A stretch of DNA of 64,000 nucleotides from Dehalococcoidia bacterium (GTDB lineage Bacteria > Chloroflexota > Dehalococcoidia > Bin125), in assembly GCA_963555985.3 (NCBI GenBank), contig OY820591.1:1536001-1600000 (forward strand). Reading direction: 5' to 3'. The notes beneath the pieces were generated by a model, which was given only the letters and a program-made list of their open reading frames with translations, did not search any database and was not told the DNA's origin. Positions 58,464 to 64,000 of this stretch are shown here, one piece after another (positions within the stretch are counted from its first letter, which is position 1; the number at the start of each line of letters is the position of its first letter). Position numbers and translations under genes: made by a program.

Positions 58464-59726
58464 TTAGCCCTTGCGCATGATCAGCGAGGAGCCGGTAGCG
58501 GGCATCGCCCAGCCCAGGTTCTGGGTGATTTCGAGGTCGGGCACCTGGCGGCAGCCGCCGCCCGCCGACGGCTCGGCGTAGTTGAAGCTGTGCTGCTTGC
58601 TGCCGTTGGCGTCGACCGGACAGTAGTCGTCGACCTCGCCGCGCAGCTGACGCACGTTCTCGATGATCATGTTCATCCCGTGCGTGTAGCCCTCGCAAAG
58701 GTGTCCGCCGGAGGTGTTGTTCGGTCGCTCCGCGCCCAGACGCATGATCCCGGACGACACGTAGTCGCCGCCCTCGCCCTTCTTGCAGAAGCCGTAGTCC
58801 TCGAGCTGGAGCATCGAGGTGAAGGTGAAGGCGTCGTAGGCGCCGGTGCACTGGATGTCTTCGGGGCCCAGGCCGGCGTTGCGGTAGATCAAGTCCTTGA
58901 TGTAGTAGCCCGCGACCGTCGAGATCGGCCCGTGCTGGAAGTGCATGTCGATCCGCGGCTTGCAGACGCGCCCCACCACCCCGAGAATCCGCGCGGGCGT
59001 GTTCCTGTAGTCGTAGGCCTTGTCGACCGAGGTCACAATCAGGGCCGTCGCATTATCGGTCTCAACGCAGCAGTCGAGCAGGTGCAGCGGCTTGCAGATC
59101 ATGCGCGAGTTGACCACATCCTCAACGGTCACGCGCTGCTTGTAGTAGGCCTTGGGATTGTTCGAAGCGTGCTCCGAGTGGATCACCTTGACCATCGCCA
59201 CCTGCTCAGGCGTGGTCCCGTAGTCGTACATGTGGCGCATGAAGGTCGGGGAGAAGTTCTGTCCGGCGCTGAACCAGCCGTAGGCCGCCGCGTGCAGCGC
59301 GTCTCCGCCGACCGGTACCGAAGCGCGAGCGCCGGTGCCGCCGATCCGGACCTGCGAATAACCGTTCATCGAACGGAAGACGACGACGGTCTCGCACATG
59401 CCCGCCTCGATCGCGCCGATCGCGAGTCCGATCAGAGCTTCGGACGAGGAGCCGCCGCCCTGGACGTCCATGTAGAAGTTGAGGCGGATGCCGAGGTCGC
59501 CGGCGAGCATCGGTGAGGCGGTCGAGTCGTTGCCCGAATAAGACATCATCCCGTCGATCTCCGACGCCGGAATGCCCGCGTCATCCATCGCGTTCTTGAT
59601 CGCCCAGGTGCCCAGCGCGCGAGTCGTCATACCCGAACCGCGGGTGTAGGTTGTCTCGCCGACGCCGATGATGGCGTACTTGTCGCGCAGGTACTTGCCT
59701 GCCGTCGCGTCAATGTCGGTCGTCAC
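58464..59726 (-). CDS. Thiolase-superfamily protein (Ltp2-like, probable aldolase)
   Basis: LLDCC.ETD, YDAFT, NTSGGHLCEGYTHG, VRQLRG. Confidence 0.88.
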   Translation of the reverse strand: MTTDIDATAGKYLRDKYAIIGVGETTYTRGSGMTTRALGTWAIKNAMDDAGIPASEIDGMMSYSGNDSTASPMLAGDLGIRLNFYMDVQGGGSSSEALIGLAIGAIEAGMCETVVVFRSMNGYSQVRIGGTGARASVPVGGDALHAAAYGWFSAGQNFSPTFMRHMYDYGTTPEQVAMVKVIHSEHASNNPKAYYKQRVTVEDVVNSRMICKPLHLLDCCVETDNATALIVTSVDKAYDYRNTPARILGVVGRVCKPRIDMHFQHGPISTVAGYYIKDLIYRNAGLGPEDIQCTGAYDAFTFTSMLQLEDYGFCKKGEGGDYVSSGIMRLGAERPNNTSGGHLCEGYTHGMNMIIENVRQLRGEVDDYCPVDANGSKQHSFNYAEPSAGGGCRQVPDLEITQNLGWAMPATGSSLIMRKG

Positions 59727-59875
59727 CGCCTGCTCCTCTCAAGGACGTCGCGTCAAGCCCGCCGATGCCGTCAACATCGGGCGGAACGTGCGCAGTCTAG
59801 GACAGGGACAGTGGATGTCGACCTATCCTGCGAGCAACCAAGACGAGACAGATACCCGCCCGACAGGAACAGAAC

Positions 59876-60631
59876 ATGTCCGACGCTCTGACCGACGCAC
59901 AAGTGATCGAAGCTGCCGACTTCCTCGATGAAGCGACCGCCAACGGTCTGCCGTTGCCCGCGATTCCGGAATCTTGCCAACCGCAGACGGCCGCGGACGG
60001 CGGACGCATCTACTGGGAGCGCTGGTCGCGCAACCCGAAGCCGGCGGTCGCCTGGAAGGCGGCGGTGCTTGACGGGAATATGGTGCTCGCGCCGTTCTTC
60101 GAGGGCATGGTGATGGACTCGCCCGCGTCGATTCCCGGCGACACGTTCGTCAACTGCATCCTTGAGGCCGAAGTCGCGTTCCGCGTGGGACAAGATTTCG
60201 CGCCGTCCGACGGCGGACACAGCGCGGACTCGGTGCTCGGCGGCGTGTCGAACGCCTACATCGTGATCGAAGCACCCAACAGTCGCTTCGACGGCGGCGC
60301 AGGAATGCCGAGCATGGCCGCGGACGGGGTTGGCAACCAGGCGTTGATCATCGGACCTGAGATCGACGACTGGCAGTCGAAAGAGCTAGTGACGCTGCCC
60401 TGTCAGATCCTGATCAACGGCGAAGTCGTCGCTGAGGGCCGTGAGGGACGCCCCAACCCGACCGAAGTGTTGGTCGCCACCGTCAATGAGATCAACAACC
60501 GAGGCATGACGGTCTCGGCAGGAGAGGTGATCACGACCGGCGCCGCAGCGATCCACGTGCCCGGACTGGCTGGTCAGGAAGTGACGATCCGCTTCCCCGG
60601 CATCGGCGATGTCAATCTCAGTTTGACTTAG
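59876..60631 (+). CDS. FAH-superfamily protein (2-keto-4-pentenoate hydratase-like)
   Basis: WK, LEAEVAF, IE.PNSRF, AD, AGEVITTG. Confidence 0.82.
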   Translation: MSDALTDAQVIEAADFLDEATANGLPLPAIPESCQPQTAADGGRIYWERWSRNPKPAVAWKAAVLDGNMVLAPFFEGMVMDSPASIPGDTFVNCILEAEVAFRVGQDFAPSDGGHSADSVLGGVSNAYIVIEAPNSRFDGGAGMPSMAADGVGNQALIIGPEIDDWQSKELVTLPCQILINGEVVAEGREGRPNPTEVLVATVNEINNRGMTVSAGEVITTGAAAIHVPGLAGQEVTIRFPGIGDVNLSLT

Positions 60632-60678
60632 AAGCCGAACCTACATCCTGTGAGTCGGCTCTGGAAAGGAGCCATAGG

Positions 60679-61753
60679 TTGCGTTACAGGATTCTCGGCC
60701 GAAGCGGACTTCGGGTGTCGGAAATCGCCCTCGGCGCGATGATGATGGGCCCTGAAGAACCCGGACGCGCCGGACCGCTTGAGAGTCGTCGGATCATGGA
60801 AGCCTACGCCGAGTAGGGCGGCAACTTCTTCGACTCCGCCCCGGTGTACAACAACGGCGCGAGCGAGCAGATGCTGGACGAGTTCGTCAACACCGACCGC
60901 GAGCGCTACGTCGTGACGACCAAGTTCACCAACGTCATGCATAGCGGTCTCGACCCGAGCATCCCCGACGATCCGAATCGCGGCGGCAACCACAAGAAGA
61001 GCATGGTTCAGTCGGTCGAGGGCAGTCTGCGACGGATGAACCTGGACTACATCGACCTGCTCTGGATCCACCTCTGGGACTACTCGGTCGATATCGAGGA
61101 TGTGATGCGTTCGGTCAACGACCTGGTGCAGCAGGGCAAGGTGCTGCACTTCGGTCTCTGCAACACGCCGGCCTGGGTCGTGGCTCGAGGTCAGACGGCC
61201 GCCACGATCCGCGGCTGGGAACCGATCACCGCGCTGCAATACAACTACAACCTCGTCGACCGCGCTCTGGAACTCGAGCTCATCCCCTGCGCCAACGCGC
61301 TGGGAATCGGCGTCACTGCGTTCTCGCCGCTGAGCGGTGGATTCCTCACCGGCAAGTACACACGAGACACCGAGCGCGAGAGCAGCCGCTACGACGGCAT
61401 ATTGGTTTAGCACGCTGGAGCAGTACAGCGAGCGCGACTTCACGGTCGCCCGCAAGGTGGACGAGATCGCCGACAAGCTCGGTTGCAGTTCTGCAGCAGT
61501 CGCCATTGCCTGGGTGCAACAACGCGGCGTGCTGCCCTTGGGCGGCGCGCGAACCACGGAGCAGATGCTCGACAACCTCACCAGCCTGTCAGTCGAACTC
61601 AGCGACGAAGATATGGACGAACTCAACCGGATCAGCACCGCTGATTGGCCTTGGATCTACAGCCTGATCCACGGTGAGGGAAGTGCTGGCATCCGTCAGA
61701 TGGCCGCCGGCGGCATGCTGGAGCAAATCGACAATCCCGGTTTCCCGGGCTAG
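60679..61753 (+). pseudogene. Aldo/keto reductase pseudogene
   Basis: MRYRILGRSGLRVSEIALG; in-frame TAG 60814-60816; frameshift near 61395-61410; SLRRM..DYIDL, SPLSGG.LTGKY. Confidence 0.85.
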
Positions 61754-61756
61754 CGC

Positions 61757-62041
61757 CTACTCGACCCGGCCAATCGCGTCGATCTTCCAGCCGAGCTCAT
61801 CCTCGACCCACTGTGTGAAGATCGTGCCTTCGCCGTCGTCACCGCGGAAGGTGATGTGGTAAAGATCGTCGCCCTGATCGGCGATCTCGTATTCGTCGGA
61901 GCCTTGCGCGGAATCCGGTTGGGCTTGCAAGGCCATTGCCTGCATCATGCCGTTGGGCGTGAAAACGGGCATCAGTCCGGCGACATTGTTGGCGACCAGG
62001 TCGCGGGCGAATTGGTCAATGGTCTCGGCGAGGTCGGGCAT
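61757..62041 (-). CDS. 94-aa acidic hypothetical protein (NTF2-like C-terminus)
   Basis: RBS GAGG; MPDLAETIDQF...WVEDELGWKIDAI. Confidence 0.65.
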   Translation of the reverse strand: MPDLAETIDQFARDLVANNVAGLMPVFTPNGMMQAMALQAQPDSAQGSDEYEIADQGDDLYHITFRGDDGEGTIFTQWVEDELGWKIDAIGRVE

Positions 62042-62176
62042 GGTTGTGTTTGCCTCACGTATGCATCGTGTTCGCGTTTGCGCATCTGCGTTCTGAGACG
62101 CAGTTGGCTTGCCTGCGCAAGGTATCGGCAGGGGTAATCTGGCGCTAGTCAGCGGTCCCACGGATGGGAGTCTCCG

Positions 62177-62944
62177 ATGTCCCAATGGCCGAGTGAAGCG
62201 GATGTGAGTTTGATGCCGCAGAAAGGCGTGAACGGGATCATGGGGGAACCGATCATCGTCGCCAGCGACGTGCATAAGACCTACGCAGCCGGAGGCCAGC
62301 CGGTGCACGCGCTGAGAGGCGTGTCTTTGTCCGTCGCGCGCGGCGAGATGGTGTCGATCATGGGACCCTCCGGCTGCGGCAAGACCACCCTGCTCAACTG
62401 CCTCTCCGGACTCGAAACGATCGAGCAAGGCGAAATCTTCGTCGAAAGCCGGAGCATCCACGATATGCCCGACAACGAGCGAACCGAGCACCGGGCGCGA
62501 CGGATGGGCTTCGTATTCCAGTTCTACAACCTGCTGCCCGTGCTCTCGTCGGTCGAGAACGTGGAACTGCCCCTGCTCCTCAGCGGCGTCGGACAGCGTG
62601 AATCCCGGGAGCGCGCGATGGCGGCGCTGGAAAACGTCGGCCTCGCCGATTGGGCCGGTCACCGGCCCGCCCAACTCTCCGGCGGTCAGCGACAGCGCGT
62701 CACCATCGCCCGTGCCCTGGTCAACGACCCGGCCATCGTCTGGGGCGACGAACCGACCGGCGACCTCGACTCGACCAACGCCAATCAGATCATGGAGCTG
62801 CTTGAAGATCTGAATCAGCGCAACCAGCAGACCTTCGTGATCGTCACTCACGACGAGAACATCGGCCGCCGCGCCAACCGCACCATCCACATGCGCGACG
62901 GCCTGATCGAGGGCGAGACGATTCACCGGCAACTGGGCAGCTAG
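62177..62944 (+). CDS. ABC transporter ATP-binding protein (LolD/MacB type)
   Basis: [25 protein letters not shown]. Confidence 0.93.
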   Translation: MSQWPSEADVSLMPQKGVNGIMGEPIIVASDVHKTYAAGGQPVHALRGVSLSVARGEMVSIMGPSGCGKTTLLNCLSGLETIEQGEIFVESRSIHDMPDNERTEHRARRMGFVFQFYNLLPVLSSVENVELPLLLSGVGQRESRERAMAALENVGLADWAGHRPAQLSGGQRQRVTIARALVNDPAIVWGDEPTGDLDSTNANQIMELLEDLNQRNQQTFVIVTHDENIGRRANRTIHMRDGLIEGETIHRQLGS

Positions 62945-62979
62945 CGCTGGAGCCTCGGGCGCACTGAAGGAAGGACGCC

Positions 62980-64000
62980 ATGGAGGAACTGTTCGGCCTG
63001 CCCACGATCCGGCTGATGTGGATCGTCGTCGCCATCGTCGGCGTCGCCGCCGCCGTGATCGCCTTCATCTTTTTCAAGCGCCCGATCCTCGTGCGCATGG
63101 GCCTCCGCAACATCCCGCGACGACGGGCGCAGACGGTGCTCGTCACCATGGGCCTCACCCTCGCCACGATCATCGTCACGATCGCCTTCTCCACCGGCGA
63201 CTCGCTCGCGGTCAGCATTCGCAACCTGGCGCTCGACGGCCTCGAACGCATTGATCACTTCATCAGCGCCGAGGAGACCGACGCCTCGACTGAGGACGGC
63301 GGCGACGGCATTCCAAATCAGGTACTGCTCGATCTACAGGCGCACTTCGCCGACGACGAGCGGATCGACGCCATCTTCGGTTCCCGCTTCGACCTCGTGC
63401 CAATCGAACATCCCGCAGCCGGACAGGTCGAACCGCAGTTTTTCCTCGTCGGCATGGATCCGCAACTGGCCGATCAGCTTGAGGCGGTCCGCGACGAGGA
63501 CGGTGATCTGCTTCGGCTCAGCGAACTCGGCTCTAACGAGATCGTGCTCAACGAGTTGGCTGCTCGTGAGTTGGACGCCGAACCTGGAGACCAGGTGCGG
63601 CTCTACGTGCTCGGCGCTCCGCGCGCGTACACGGTCGCTGCCATCGGCCGAGACGCGGTGCTGACCGGCAATCTCGAAGCGGGCAGCGCCGGCGGTCTGC
63701 TGTCGATGGACGCCTACCAACGCCTGCTGGGGCCCGAGCTGTCGCCGCCCGACTACTGGGATTCGATCCTAGTCAGCGGCTCTGGCGGGGTTGAAGAACC
63801 GCTGGAGTTTTCGGAAGCGCTCGATGGCGACATCAGAGCAGCGTTCTCCAGATTTGAGCGTGAGAACCCTGAACTGTATCTGAGCAACGGATTGTCCCGC
63901 TTCTCAACTGAGCCGGTCAAAGCCGACAGCCTCGAAGGCGCCGAGCTGATCGCCAGCGTCTTCACCACTCTCTTCCTGTTCATGGGCTCGTTCTCGGTCG
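62980..64000 (+). CDS. FtsX-like ABC permease (3' truncated by window edge)
   Basis: MEELFG...MGLRNIPRRRAQTVLV..GL.LAT; RBS AAGGA; frame appears open to the window end. Confidence 0.85.
   Translation, partial: MEELFGLPTIRLMWIVVAIVGVAAAVIAFIFFKRPILVRMGLRNIPRRRAQTVLVTMGLTLATIIVTIAFSTGDSLAVSIRNLALDGLERIDHFISAEETDASTEDGGDGIPNQVLLDLQAHFADDERIDAIFGSRFDLVPIEHPAAGQVEPQFFLVGMDPQLADQLEAVRDEDGDLLRLSELGSNEIVLNELAARELDAEPGDQVRLYVLGAPRAYTVAAIGRDAVLTGNLEAGSAGGLLSMDAYQRLLGPELSPPDYWDSILVSGSGGVEEPLEFSEALDGDIRAAFSRFERENPELYLSNGLSRFSTEPVKADSLEGAELIASVFTTLFLFMGSFSV

Noticed and set aside
60814-60816. In-frame TAG as pyrrolysine or recoding
   Set aside because: Non-catalytic position, the gene also has a frameshift, and TAG is an ordinary stop in many genes here.

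Overview
High-GC bacterial chromosome segment. Gene content (F420 genes cofC/cofD, class II RNR, many CoA-metabolism paralogs, GAAC-N4-GTTC SOS-like boxes, MacAB-type exporter with no TolC in the window) suggests Chloroflexota, probably Dehalococcoidia-like; this is inference. About 55 CDS, mostly catabolic enzymes in paralogous pairs. Main observations: (1) a selenoprotein split by the ORF caller (in-frame UGA, motif U-G-S-C, SECIS-like hairpin) lying among three paralogs of an uncharacterised ~360-aa family; (2) two copies of a lower-GC cassette in which a 3-TM Pycsar-effector-like gene converges on small ORFs sharing [LV]PPPGP; (3) a ~135-bp MITE/REP family, one copy hit by an IS30 whose transposase uses a stop codon in the target; (4) a 1187-aa HlyD-type adaptor with exactly matched 9+9 33-aa repeats; (5) a compact 6S-like RNA; (6) three LexA-like boxes, each followed by a 10-bp periodic tract; (7) a K+-channel-like protein with an altered filter. 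Several single-base frameshifts in homopolymers suggest some assembly error. Family assignments come from motif recognition; no searches were run.
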